DNA of 41,446 nucleotides. It comes from an uncultured archaeon. GTDB lineage: Archaea; Asgardarchaeota; Lokiarchaeia; Sigyniarchaeales; SOKP01. Below are positions 1 through 10,273 of the stretch, one piece after another. The DNA is taken from the NCBI GenBank assembly GCA_964486045.1, contig CAZALK010000026.1, forward strand, positions 1-41,446. The letters run 5' to 3'. The position numbers and the translations under genes are program-made. Position 1 is the stretch's first letter. Each line of letters opens with the position of its first letter. The notes under the pieces were generated by a model, which saw only the letters and a list, made by a program, of their open reading frames with translations, was not told where the DNA came from and searched no databases.

Positions 1-165
1 AATGCCACGTAACGAGCTAAAATAAAAAAAATAAAGATTAGATTAAAAATATATGAAAAAAAAAAATTATATATTATTTGTATCTATTCATTAAATTCAA
101 TGAATATTTTAGATCCTTTGCTAATGTCATAAAGTTGGGAGCAGTTGATATGAATGTTCCCAAGA

Positions 166-1881
166 TTACCTAACTTTCTTACTAATTTTGTTTTTCTGTT
201 TACTCATCAGTGATTGCTTTAAATCTTCAGCCAATTCCCCTAATTTATTTGCTGTTGCTGTGATTTCTTCAATTGATGCTGTTTGTTGTTCTGCTGAAGC
301 GCTAATTCCTTGCATGCTAGTATAAGTCTGATGAATTTTATTAACTATACCGACAACTTTTTCTTTAGAATTACGTACAGCGTTCTTTGATTCTTCAGCT
401 AATTTTCTTACTTCATCAGCGACCACAGCAAATCCTCTTCCGTGTTCACCTGCTCTACCTGCTTCTATGCTCGCATTCAAGGCTAATAAGTTAGTCTGCT
501 CTGAAACACTAGTGATTATATTCATAATATTACTTATTTCCTTGGATGCTTGCATGATTTGTTGAGTGATCTCTGTCATTTCAAGGGTTGACATTGCAAT
601 TTCTTCTGATGCAGCGTTTACTTCACTCGAGCTTGCTGCAAGTTCAGTAGCCATATTAGATACATTTACACTAACATTCGAAGCACTGTCAATAACTCCT
701 TTCATAGTCACAATACTATCGTCTAGTAATGCTAATTCATCTGAAGTCCTTTTCTTGAAAGTTTTTGAGGCTTGTTGACCTTCAACTTGTTGGGTTATTG
801 CTAATACTTTTCTAATTTTTTGTGTAATGATGTTTGCTAATACAAAGCTTATGATAAAACAAATACTCATCGGAATTATCAATATCATTGCAATAAGTCT
901 CTCTCTCTCTATTCTCACCATGCTGTCTGAAGTTTTCTTGGTTAAACTTTCGCTACTCACTGTATAAAAATTACTTATTGCCTCTTGGTATAAGGTTTTG
1001 TTTCCAGCGTATGGCCCAGTAAGAACATTTAATATCTCAACAGCGTTTATTTTAGATTCTGAGATAAACCATATTTCCATATTAATAAGATCAACATTAG
1101 CAGCATCTATTCCTTGGAACCATGTTTGAACAGTTGCAGTATAATTCGCCGTAAGGGCTATTGCTTGACTTAAGTTCCCATCTAATTGATTTGCTGCTTG
1201 ATTGTAAGTTGCATCCAATTCTGTATTAAATGGTTCAAATAATAATCCTTGCATTGAACCAGTTAGTAATGCATCAAGATATCTAATATTTTCAGCAGTT
1301 TTGGTAAGATTTAAAGCCCAATTAACTTCCCAAGGAGTAAAACTCGAAAAATTTGCTGGAGTAATCATAATATTTACCCAATCATAAAACAGATTCATAA
1401 AACCAGCATAAATAGATTTATTCGCAGTATATGGACCGTACCATACATCGGTTATCTCATGATGATTATGATGAGCCACACCAAATATCCACTCTTCCAT
1501 TGCTATTAAAGCATCATTGGCATCAGAAACATCGTCAAAATATTGCCATTCTTCATCTGTAGCAAGATTTTTTGCTGCCGCAAGCGCTGCATCTAGTTGA
1601 TCCGCATATCCAAGATAAATATCCCAAATAGTCTCATTCATTGGATCAATCACAAAATCTTTCATTGCTCCTGTAAGTCTTGCATCCATTAATAGAATCT
1701 CGTCTGCGAGTTTAACCTTCTCCATGTGGACGTTAATTAGATTATTTAGTTCATTTTTATTATTCTCATTTGAGCTTAAGTTTAAGAATATAAGGACCCC
1801 AAAAACTAATCCGATGATTGCAAAAATAGCTGAAAATTTTACTCGTAAAGATCTTCTTGTAATCCATTTGAAACCTATCAT
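166..1881 (-). CDS. Methyl-accepting chemotaxis-like receptor: TM, tandem duplicated extracellular helical sensor, TM, HAMP-like linker, short MCP signalling domain
   Basis: Hairpin-tip motif [35 protein letters not shown]; two hydrophobic segments; internal repeat in the extracellular part. Confidence 0.9.
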   Translation of the reverse strand: MIGFKWITRRSLRVKFSAIFAIIGLVFGVLIFLNLSSNENNKNELNNLINVHMEKVKLADEILLMDARLTGAMKDFVIDPMNETIWDIYLGYADQLDAALAAAKNLATDEEWQYFDDVSDANDALIAMEEWIFGVAHHNHHEITDVWYGPYTANKSIYAGFMNLFYDWVNIMITPANFSSFTPWEVNWALNLTKTAENIRYLDALLTGSMQGLLFEPFNTELDATYNQAANQLDGNLSQAIALTANYTATVQTWFQGIDAANVDLINMEIWFISESKINAVEILNVLTGPYAGNKTLYQEAISNFYTVSSESLTKKTSDSMVRIERERLIAMILIIPMSICFIISFVLANIITQKIRKVLAITQQVEGQQASKTFKKRTSDELALLDDSIVTMKGVIDSASNVSVNVSNMATELAASSSEVNAASEEIAMSTLEMTEITQQIMQASKEISNIMNIITSVSEQTNLLALNASIEAGRAGEHGRGFAVVADEVRKLAEESKNAVRNSKEKVVGIVNKIHQTYTSMQGISASAEQQTASIEEITATANKLGELAEDLKQSLMSKQKNKISKKVR

Positions 1882-2233
1882 TTTCTTAAATCACCATTAA
1901 ATTATTTTTTATGGTATTCCTATTTTGGGTGTAAAAATATTTTTTTATAATAAAATACCATTATTACATATAAAATCATTTTTTTGGTTAAAAACTTTTA
2001 TTTATTTAAATAATTGTTATTTTTTTGGACAACAATAATTAGTTTTGATAATATTTATTGAATTTTTATATTAATGTTTGTTTAAGAAATTTATAGGATT
2101 TACCTGCTCACAATCAAACACCATGAATACTTAGATGGTGTGATATTTTAGGATTAGTGGATTTAGTAATAATTGTGATAATAATAAAAAAAAAAACAAT
2201 GTAAGAAGGGAAATTTTTTATCTTCCCTAAGTT

Positions 2234-3064
2234 TCAGTTATCAGATTTCAAAGAGTTTTTTAAATTCTCTGCTAAAGTTCCTAACTTATGTGCAGTTGCG
2301 GTGACTTCTTCCATTGATGCGGTTTGTTGTTCCGCTGATGCACTTATTCCTTCCATCGAACCAAATGAATTATTAATTTTGTCAATTACATTATTAATTT
2401 TTGCATTTGTTTCGCGAACAGCTGATTTTGATTCTTCGGCTAATTTTCGGACCTCATCAGCTACTACGGCAAAACCCCTTCCTTGTTCACCTGCTCTTCC
2501 TGCTTCAATACTTGCATTTAGGGCTAATAGGTTTGTTTGATCAGAAATATTAGTTATAATCCCCATTACATTTCGTATATCATTAGTTGCGTTTATTACT
2601 CCTTGAGTCTCAGTCGTCATATCTTGGGTAGATGCTGCAATTTCTTCTGATGCCGCGTTCACTTCACTAGCACTTGCAGCTAATTCATTTGCAATGTTTG
2701 CAACATTTAAACTCGCATTAGAAGCAGCATCAATCATCCGTTTCATATTTTCTGCATTCTTTTCAAGTTTTTGTCCAAGGAAAGGAATCACAGTAAAAAA
2801 TAACGCAGCTACTCCGACAAACAAACCAAAACTTTCACCAAAAGCATCAGCATAATCTGCATCCCATAGCATCCATTTATCAAGAAGATTCCCTAATGTA
2901 TATAATGCACCCCCAAATAGAGAAAATACATATATTGCATTTGTTGGGGTTCTCCTCTTATAATAAATAAATAGTGCGATAAAAGTTCCTATAATGAAGA
3001 AGATCATTCCTACTAAATTAAATCCCCCATCTCGAAAATCAGCAGGATCAATTTGAGCCAACAC
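2234..3064 (-). CDS. Methyl-accepting chemotaxis-like protein with about 3 N-terminal TM helices
   Basis: [35 protein letters not shown]; hydrophobic N-terminus; GGTGA SD upstream of GTG. Confidence 0.9.
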   Translation of the reverse strand: MLAQIDPADFRDGGFNLVGMIFFIIGTFIALFIYYKRRTPTNAIYVFSLFGGALYTLGNLLDKWMLWDADYADAFGESFGLFVGVAALFFTVIPFLGQKLEKNAENMKRMIDAASNASLNVANIANELAASASEVNAASEEIAASTQDMTTETQGVINATNDIRNVMGIITNISDQTNLLALNASIEAGRAGEQGRGFAVVADEVRKLAEESKSAVRETNAKINNVIDKINNSFGSMEGISASAEQQTASMEEVTATAHKLGTLAENLKNSLKSDN

Positions 3065-3391
3065 TTATTTTTTCACCATCCCGCTTTTTTCATAAATGAG
3101 TTTGGGTTGTTTGGGTAATGATCCCCTTAAAATTTTGGTATAGTATTCATATATAGCAGCGGCAAACATCGAAATCCCTGCTACCATAGCAAAAAAGTGC
3201 TCCAAAAAATTAAACTCATCTGGCGCAATAAAAGCTTCTAAGTTTGTAGCTAAAAAGGTTAAAAAGAGAGCATAATAACCTGGTGCCCACTTCATAATGT
3301 CCCTTCTTTTTTTTAAGAGATAAGGAGAAAATGCTACGGGAATAGATAAGATTATTAAAACTATTAATTCATTAATTTCTAAACTTGGCAT
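3065..3391 (-). CDS. Small 3-TM membrane protein, probably co-transcribed with the MCP gene
   Basis: Hydrophobic ORF abutting the MCP start; ATG at 3391 preceded by AAGGAG, preferred to TTG at 3424. Confidence 0.75.
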   Translation of the reverse strand: MPSLEINELIVLIILSIPVAFSPYLLKKRRDIMKWAPGYYALFLTFLATNLEAFIAPDEFNFLEHFFAMVAGISMFAAAIYEYYTKILRGSLPKQPKLIYEKSGMVKK

Positions 3392-3881
3392 ATATCTCAG
3401 CTCCTTTATTACTTTTTTATTCAATTTTTTTCTTTTTGATTAATCTTCTCTATAATTTTTAGAGAAAAACATTATAATAAATAAAGTAATTTTGGTATAT
3501 AAATGCTTTTTTTTCCACATAAATTCGAGATAATGCACATAATCAATATTTTGTTGTAAAAACCTATACAAAATATGAAAAAGCAATTATCCTAACAAAT
3601 TCTCTGTGAATTCAAAAGCAGATATAAAGACGCTATATTTTTAACAAAGTTATTTAGAAGGATTAGAAATATGAGTGGTTCTTGAAAAATTCAAAACCAT
3701 TTTTACATTTTATTTAGGAATAATTTTAAAAAGAAAAATATTTAAATAAACAAAATCTTTAGTTTTATGTAAAAACTTTAAAAAAAGATACTTTTCTGTT
3801 AAATATTATCAATTCTTACGATATAAATAAGAGAATTACACATAAAGTTTAATTTATGAAATAAAATAGAAAGTCTTAGGG

Positions 3882-6620
3882 ATGGAGAAAGTGGGGACTA
3901 AATTTAAACAATATAGTAAAGACACCTTAAATAACACAAATGATAGTAAGGAATTAAAGCAAGAATTAGAGGATTTTAAAGAGAAATTCAGCGTTTTATT
4001 TAACGATGCTACCAGTGGAATAGCATTTCATAGGATCGTGTATGACAATCAAAAAAAGCCTATCAATTATATAATTACAGATATAAATCCAAGGTATGAA
4101 AAGATCTTAGCTATTAAAAGAGGAAATGTTATAAATAAATTAGCTACAGAAGTGTATAACGTTGAAAAACCTCCGTTTTTAAAAGCTTACTCTAAAGTAG
4201 CAGAAACACAAAAATCGCTTTCTTTTGAGTCATATTTTCAACCAATGGAGAAATATTTCAAAATTTCGGTTATTTCTCATAAAAAAGGTGAATTCATTAC
4301 TGTGTTCGAAGATATATCACAACGAAAGATATCAGACCAAAAATTAAAAGAATCAGAGGAAAAATATAGATTAATTACAGAAAACGCAAACGACTTAATA
4401 TCAATACTAGATAAAAGATATAAATATGAATATGTTAATGAACAAACTTATAAAAAAATCCTGGGTTACTCTAAAAAGGAGTTAATTGGGAATTCAGCCT
4501 TAAAACTTATACATACTGAAGATTTTACTAATTTTATTAAATCTTTTTGGGGAAAAAATGAAGTTGATGAAAGAATAGTAGAATTAAGGATTAAACATAA
4601 AAATGGACGTTGGGTATGGCTACAGGTTAACTACAAACGGTATAGAAATAATAAAAATGAAAAAAAATTCTTGTTAGTATCTAGAGATATTACACTTCAC
4701 AAAAATGCTGAAAGGAAATTAAAAGACTCCGAAGAAAAATATCGTTCCTTATTTGACAATATGACTGCCGCATTCGCGTATCATGAAGTAATTGTCAATG
4801 AGAATAACAAACCAATAGATTATAAATACCTTGAAGCAAACCCTAGTTTTGAAAATCTTACGGGTTTAAAAGCAGAAGAAATAACTGGAAAAACTGTTAC
4901 TGAAATCTTACCCGGAATTGAGAATGATCCTGCTGATTGGATTGGAAAGTTTGGAAATGTAGGTCTTACAGGGATCCCATTGACAGTAGAAGATTATTCA
5001 GAACCGTTGGATAAATGGTATAAGGTTTCAGGTTATTCACCTAAGAAAGGCTTTTTTGCTGTCACTTTTACCGAGATTACTGAACAGAAAAAAGTAGAAC
5101 AAAAATTAAGAGAGTCTGAGGAAAAATATAGAGAACTGGTAAGTGATGCAAATAGTATTATCTTAAAATGGGGTACTGATGGAATTATTTCATTCATAAA
5201 TGAATTTGGTGAGGTTTTTTTTGGATACTCTAAATCTCAACTTGTTGGAAAGCATGTTATAGGAACTATTGTCCCAAAAACAGAAACTACTGGTCGTAAT
5301 TTAGAAAGTCTAATGAAAGAAATTTGTGATAATCCTGAGAAATACAAGAATAATGTTAATGAAAATATCACTAGATACGGTAGAAAAGTATGGATATCGT
5401 GGACAAATAAAGCGATAAAGGATAATAATGGAAATCTAATAGGGATTTTATCTGTTGGAAATGACATGACTGAGAGCAGACGCGCTTCACTTAAAATAAA
5501 GGAATCTGAAGAAAAGTTTAGAACGATTACAGAGCAATCTTTTATAGGGATAGCTATCTTAAAGGATTTTAAGTTTAAATATATCAACCAACAATTTGCT
5601 GACACACTCGGATATACTAATAAAAAGATTTTAAAATGGAGACCAAAAGAATTTTTCAAGGTTATACATCCTGAACATCGAGAAAGGGTGATGGAAATCG
5701 CAGAAAGAAAATATTTGGGTAAGGACGAAATAGTGACGGATGTACAATTTAGAATTATAAAAAAAAACAAGGACGTGGCGTGGTTAGAAATAATTTCTAA
5801 AATTATCCCATTCAAAGGTGAATCGGCTGTATTAATTACAACTTTAGACATTACTGCAAATAAAAAGGCAGAAAAACTCATTCTAAAAGAAAACAAAAAA
5901 TTGGTTGAACTGAATAAGATGCGAAAAGATATTATTACTCGGGTCTCACATGAGTTAAAAACGCCCTTAACTTCTATCTACGGGGCTTCTCAAATCCTTC
6001 TACAACACTTCAAGCCACAAATAAGTGGAGAAGTGCAAAACTTTATTGAAATTCTGTATAGGGGGGCTCTAAGGTTAAAAAAACTAGTTGAAAACTTAAT
6101 TGATGCTTCAAGGATTGAATCCGGAAAACTAGAATTAAATTTAAAAGAATTTAATTTAAGTACAATAATAAATGAATGTGCCCATGAAATGATGTACCTT
6201 ATCAATAACCGCAAACTTACACTGAAACTAGATCTTCCTAATAGATTAAATTTCAATGTAGATAAAATTAGACTCCAACAAGTAATTACCAACATTTTGT
6301 CTAATGCTATTAAAAATACACCGTTAAATGGAAAAATAAATGTGGTTCTTGCTGACAACCCCAAAAATATCGATATTTTAATAAAAGACACAGGAGTAGG
6401 GATAACTCAAAAAGAAAAAAAACTATTATTTGAGAAATTTGGTAAAATTGAAAGATACGGTATGGATTTAGGGGTCGACATTGAAGGATCAGGCTTGGGT
6501 CTATTTATTTCAAAGGAAATTGTGGAGTTACATGGCGGTGAAATTCTCGTAGAGTCTCAAGGAAGAAACCAAGGAACCTTATTCATCGTAAGATTATGGA
6601 AACATGAAAATTTAAATTAA
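3882..6620 (+). CDS. Cytoplasmic multi-PAS (about 5) sensor histidine kinase
   Basis: Repeated ESEEKYR linkers between PAS domains; H-box SHELKTPLTSI; N-box NILSNAIK; G boxes DTGVGI and GSGLGL. Confidence 0.95.
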   Translation: MEKVGTKFKQYSKDTLNNTNDSKELKQELEDFKEKFSVLFNDATSGIAFHRIVYDNQKKPINYIITDINPRYEKILAIKRGNVINKLATEVYNVEKPPFLKAYSKVAETQKSLSFESYFQPMEKYFKISVISHKKGEFITVFEDISQRKISDQKLKESEEKYRLITENANDLISILDKRYKYEYVNEQTYKKILGYSKKELIGNSALKLIHTEDFTNFIKSFWGKNEVDERIVELRIKHKNGRWVWLQVNYKRYRNNKNEKKFLLVSRDITLHKNAERKLKDSEEKYRSLFDNMTAAFAYHEVIVNENNKPIDYKYLEANPSFENLTGLKAEEITGKTVTEILPGIENDPADWIGKFGNVGLTGIPLTVEDYSEPLDKWYKVSGYSPKKGFFAVTFTEITEQKKVEQKLRESEEKYRELVSDANSIILKWGTDGIISFINEFGEVFFGYSKSQLVGKHVIGTIVPKTETTGRNLESLMKEICDNPEKYKNNVNENITRYGRKVWISWTNKAIKDNNGNLIGILSVGNDMTESRRASLKIKESEEKFRTITEQSFIGIAILKDFKFKYINQQFADTLGYTNKKILKWRPKEFFKVIHPEHRERVMEIAERKYLGKDEIVTDVQFRIIKKNKDVAWLEIISKIIPFKGESAVLITTLDITANKKAEKLILKENKKLVELNKMRKDIITRVSHELKTPLTSIYGASQILLQHFKPQISGEVQNFIEILYRGALRLKKLVENLIDASRIESGKLELNLKEFNLSTIINECAHEMMYLINNRKLTLKLDLPNRLNFNVDKIRLQQVITNILSNAIKNTPLNGKINVVLADNPKNIDILIKDTGVGITQKEKKLLFEKFGKIERYGMDLGVDIEGSGLGLFISKEIVELHGGEILVESQGRNQGTLFIVRLWKHENLN

Positions 6621-6624
6621 AAAG

Positions 6625-6699
6625 TGGGCCAGGCAGGATTCGAACCTGCGACATCCCAGTCCGAAGCCGGGCACCCTATCCAGGCTAGATTACAGGCCC
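6625..6699 (-). tRNA. tRNA-Arg(TCG)
   Basis: Cloverleaf GGGCCTG...CTGGCCC-A; anticodon loop CT-TCG-GA; T-loop GGTTCGAATCC; A20 present; one U6.U67 mismatch; no encoded CCA. Confidence 0.95.
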
Positions 6700-6868
6700 A
6701 TAATTGAGCTAAATTTGATACTATCCTAAGTTTAATTCTTAAAAAATAAAATCAATTAGGTTATAATATTTTCATCTTTTATTTCAAAAAAATATTTGCT
6801 ATGATAAATACAGAAATCATATTCTAAATTGCAAATTGGAATAAAAATGCTGAAGTAAAATGTAGAAG

Positions 6869-7300
6869 TTATCTTATTTTTATCCCATTCTCTACATATT
6901 TTATAAATAATCTAAATATTTTAGTAAATCTTAAACCTTCACCCAGATTACCATCGACTTTGATTTTCCCTTTCATGAAAGCATCCGTTCCTTCCATTTC
7001 GCGTTTAAGAATTTTAATAAAAATGTCTTTTGTATATTTGACTCTAAATGTGGCGCTTCTATTAATCCCCTTCTTGTAGATTATCGAACCATTAGAAACT
7101 TTAAACCAGAAGTTAAAATTTATATCAGTCAATAAGATTTGATAAATATCATTGTAATCTATAATTTCTTCTTTTAGCTCTTCTGTATTCCTAACAAGAT
7201 TTACCCCAAAACTTATGACTCTATCTAATGCTGTAATGAATTCCTCATCGGTTTTTCCTAAGTCGTGGAGAACCGAACTGAAACTTTTTGAATCGAGCAT
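6869..7300 (-). CDS. SCP2 sterol/lipid-binding domain protein
   Basis: C-terminal DAFMKGKIKVDGNL motif typical of SCP2. Confidence 0.85.
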   Translation of the reverse strand: MLDSKSFSSVLHDLGKTDEEFITALDRVISFGVNLVRNTEELKEEIIDYNDIYQILLTDINFNFWFKVSNGSIIYKKGINRSATFRVKYTKDIFIKILKREMEGTDAFMKGKIKVDGNLGEGLRFTKIFRLFIKYVENGIKIR

Positions 7301-7488
7301 ATATACCTATGACAAAAGATAAACTAAAATAATATTGTTATACCCATATAATCCTTATTATCTACATTGCCTTTAACCAATATAAATGTTTCCATTAGAG
7401 TATTAGATGTCCACTTGCTTTTTAAACGCAAAATTTTTATATTTTTATTGATTTAGTACTCTTAATTTTTGAAAAATAATTTTAAATT

Positions 7489-7598
7489 GCGGCTATAGTG
7501 TAGCCCGGTCCTTAAGTATCAAAATTCTGTCTACTTAGCCGAAAGCATTCGGGACTGTCACTCCTGCGACGCGGGTTCAAATCCCGCTAGCCGCGCCA
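7489..7598 (+). tRNA. tRNA-Asp(GTC) with a 32-nt non-canonical D-loop intron (7512-7543, position 20b/21) and encoded CCA
   Basis: Acceptor stem GCGGCTA/TAGCCGC; anticodon loop CT-GTC-AC; T-loop GGTTCAAATCC; BHB with helix CGGT/GCCG, bulges CCT and AAA, inner helix TAAGTA/TACTTA. Confidence 0.93.
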
Positions 7599-7614
7599 TT
7601 TTAAATAATAGCTT

Positions 7615-8136
7615 CTAGATCTCCAGATTCCATTTTTGAATTACATCTGGTTCTTCTCGTGGCCAATCATTTAAGTCATAAAATAAATCCAAATAGTTAC
7701 TTTTCTTATTAGCAATATGAAATTTTTGGTTTTTATAAAAATCTTCAAATAAGTGTTTTCTATAAGTTTTAAGTAGTAATACTCTACAACCACTACTTGA
7801 TCTTATGTCAAAAGATAATTTTTTAGCTAGTGAGATCATCAAACTTCCATAACCCTTACGTTGATATGCCATTTGAACTCCTAATTGTCCCATTAATTCT
7901 GCAGACCAACTTCTCTCTTCGCCTTTTAATGAACAATACAGTTTAGAATTACTTAAAGTAAAAAATCCAACCAAATTGTTTTGTTGGAATAAAAGGTAAG
8001 ACATTGAATTCCCAAATTCCACATCTTCATACATTTTGGAATGGAAATATTCATTAATCTGGTCATCTCCGCAGTCAAATTCTAATCCCGGTAATACGTT
8101 GGTAACTTTTTTTAGTGTAAACTCACTTGAAATCAT
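7615..8136 (-). CDS. GNAT acetyltransferase, AtaT/TacT toxin-like subtype
   Basis: N-terminal FDCGDDQINEYF; acetyl-CoA motif LMGQLGVQMAYQRKGYG; GCRVLLL...FY...F. Confidence 0.75.
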   Translation of the reverse strand: MISSEFTLKKVTNVLPGLEFDCGDDQINEYFHSKMYEDVEFGNSMSYLLFQQNNLVGFFTLSNSKLYCSLKGEERSWSAELMGQLGVQMAYQRKGYGSLMISLAKKLSFDIRSSSGCRVLLLKTYRKHLFEDFYKNQKFHIANKKSNYLDLFYDLNDWPREEPDVIQKWNLEI

Positions 8137-8750
8137 TTTTGTAACTTTTCAATTACGCGTTTTAGATATTTTTTTGATACTTTGAAATCCTCATCAAATT
8201 TTGAGGATTTAACAAATCCCACCCCATCATTAGTAAGTTCTACTTGTGAAACCGCTTTAGGAAATTTTCCTTTTATTGTAGATTCTTCTGAAACTAAAGA
8301 ATATTTGGAAAATTCAGGATATTTCCTATATATATCACCTAGTAGCTTTCCTATACTTGATTTTGCATATTTTATTTTCCACTTAGTAATCTCTGAAATC
8401 ATCCTTGGATCTTCTTTTTTAATAAATGCTAATGCCTTTTCTTTTTCATTTTTTGATAAACCATACAAAATTTCTTGACCAGATTCTTTGAAATCAATAG
8501 ATTTTTGATGAAATAGGTCATTCACTCTCACAGCTAATAATGTACTATAAGGTCCGAAGTGGTAGGGAAAAAACTCAGCAATGTTATCTAAATGGTAAAA
8601 GAAATTCCGCCAAATTAAAAAAAATTCTTTAACTAACCTTGTTCTCCCCTTAATTGGTTTAAAATTATCTAACGCAAATAAGATCATTAACCATTTATCA
8701 ATGAACTCTCTTTGATCCTCATTCATTTCTTTTTTTGCCGTCAAATTCAT
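8133..8750 (-). CDS. Panacea/SocA (DUF4065)-like winged-helix protein, putative antitoxin
   Basis: IKGRTRLVKEFFLI...FFPYHFGPYS...LLGDIYRKYPEF pattern; ATGA overlap with the GNAT gene. Confidence 0.65.
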   Translation of the reverse strand: MNLTAKKEMNEDQREFIDKWLMILFALDNFKPIKGRTRLVKEFFLIWRNFFYHLDNIAEFFPYHFGPYSTLLAVRVNDLFHQKSIDFKESGQEILYGLSKNEKEKALAFIKKEDPRMISEITKWKIKYAKSSIGKLLGDIYRKYPEFSKYSLVSEESTIKGKFPKAVSQVELTNDGVGFVKSSKFDEDFKVSKKYLKRVIEKLQK

Positions 8751-8753
8751 TTT

Positions 8754-9953
8754 TCACACCATATTTGGAAATCTTTCTTGAATACTACTTAAATTATCTT
8801 GAATAAATCTTTTTTGATTAAAATATATTTGTACTTCATCATTATCAATAGAATTCCTTATATTAACAAATTCTCTATTAGCATTAAAAGAATTATGGAC
8901 TTCCAGGATTCCTCTTCCATAGGAAGCCGTTAATTGACGAACTAATTCATTAATATTTCTTGCATTTCTGCAAGCTGGACAATTGCAAAATAAATTTACC
9001 CCAAAATTATTTCGTATATCACTTGTATTTATAAACCCTAAATATGAACTTTCAAAAATATTTTTATTTTTTATGATTGGGGGAATTATCGGTTGCTGAG
9101 TTTGAGTAGAAGGAATAGATATTCCTACAGGGGTAGGCATTAGACCTCTTGATGCTAAAGAGCTCTGTTGTCTAGCCATAAAAAATGCCCCATATTTATA
9201 CGCTTTTCTTTTAATTATAGTATCAATACCGTAGAGAGTATCTAAGTGTGATTCTGAGATTCCAAACCATGATTTTTTTACATCGCATAAGTGGATCCAA
9301 ATATCACTTTCATTATCATTAATAACTTCTACTAAACTATCTAAATATTTTCTTCCAGAACCTGTCATTCTGAATCCTATTGCATCTATATTTCTTGATA
9401 ATAGCCAATTTACTTTTTGTAATAATATTCTCTTTCCTTGATTTAAAGATAATACAGGCATAAGATTTACGAATCTTCCCGTCTCATAATGATCAATAAC
9501 ATGCTTTATAGCATCGTCTAAATAATTAATCCATGCTTGACTAAAAGATCTTAAAGTTGGATCTGGAATAGTAACTATATCAGAGCAATTCGCTTCTATT
9601 TGTGCATTGATTAGAAATCTTAGAGCATCTTGGCTGATAATTTTTTGATTTATACGAAATTGGATTACAGTTGGGATATTTCTCCTTGATTTACCTTTTA
9701 TACTATTTATTAACGCATTTAAAGCATTATTATCAAATCGAGTATTCTGATCTATTTTTAGATCGGAAACAATTTCATGAATTCCAATATTTTGATTAAT
9801 TGCAGATCTTAACACACCTTCTCCTTTTCTAAGATAACTTCTTTCAGTGTGATTTAAACCCATTCTGGGTGTTTCAATGATACTACCATTTATATTTAAT
9901 TCACCCATTCGCGCTCCACGATCAGTGTGTTCTATAGTAAAATCAAAAGATAT
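8754..9953 (-). CDS. Degenerate tRNA-guanine transglycosylase (TGT)-fold protein; probable ATA start at 9953
   Basis: N-terminus FTIEHTDRGARMGELNINGSIIETP; SDIVTIPD; IWIHL; GIDTI; Zn site CNCPAC...HN; lacks DSGG. Confidence 0.7.
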   Translation of the reverse strand: MSFDFTIEHTDRGARMGELNINGSIIETPRMGLNHTERSYLRKGEGVLRSAINQNIGIHEIVSDLKIDQNTRFDNNALNALINSIKGKSRRNIPTVIQFRINQKIISQDALRFLINAQIEANCSDIVTIPDPTLRSFSQAWINYLDDAIKHVIDHYETGRFVNLMPVLSLNQGKRILLQKVNWLLSRNIDAIGFRMTGSGRKYLDSLVEVINDNESDIWIHLCDVKKSWFGISESHLDTLYGIDTIIKRKAYKYGAFFMARQQSSLASRGLMPTPVGISIPSTQTQQPIIPPIIKNKNIFESSYLGFINTSDIRNNFGVNLFCNCPACRNARNINELVRQLTASYGRGILEVHNSFNANREFVNIRNSIDNDEVQIYFNQKRFIQDNLSSIQERFPNMV

Positions 9954-10202
9954 TTAATTTCACCCAAAAATCTGAATTTTTCTAATTCTAATAATATACA
10001 TTGATGTTATTAAATATTAACCTGTTTATATAGGTCTTATATCAAATCAATTTTTAATTTATAAACAAAAAAATTTTTTATAAAAATTTAAGGATATTTA
10101 AAATACACAATACAACTCTATAATAAAAACCGAATTATTACTACTGGGTTTCACTTGGAAAATAGAAAATCTTTCCAACGTTTTCAGATATTTTAATGTT
10201 AG

Positions 10203-10273
10203 GAATTTTTGGATTTTCTATTTATTTATTTCGGGATTCATTTACTAAAAAAATAAAAAAATTAAGTTAAAAT
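10203..10273. repeat. Left arm of ~70-bp imperfect inverted repeat
   Basis: Reverse complement matches 11346-11415 (core TAGTAAATGAATCCCGAAATAAATA). Confidence 0.85.

Noticed and set aside
2117-2147. ACACCAT/ATGGTGT inverted repeat between the MCP genes
   Set aside because: Only 7 bp; could be an operator but is too weak to support
3062-3070. Stop read-through fusing the membrane gene to the MCP
   Set aside because: A GGTGA SD precedes the GTG, so independent initiation explains the layout
6625-6699. tRNA-Arg as a pseudogene or editing substrate because of U6.U67
   Set aside because: A single mismatch with all other conserved positions intact is tolerated in functional tRNAs
8754-9953. Calling the gene tgtA or dpdA
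   Set aside because: Catalytic motifs appear absent; no PUA domain and no neighbouring dpd/que genes
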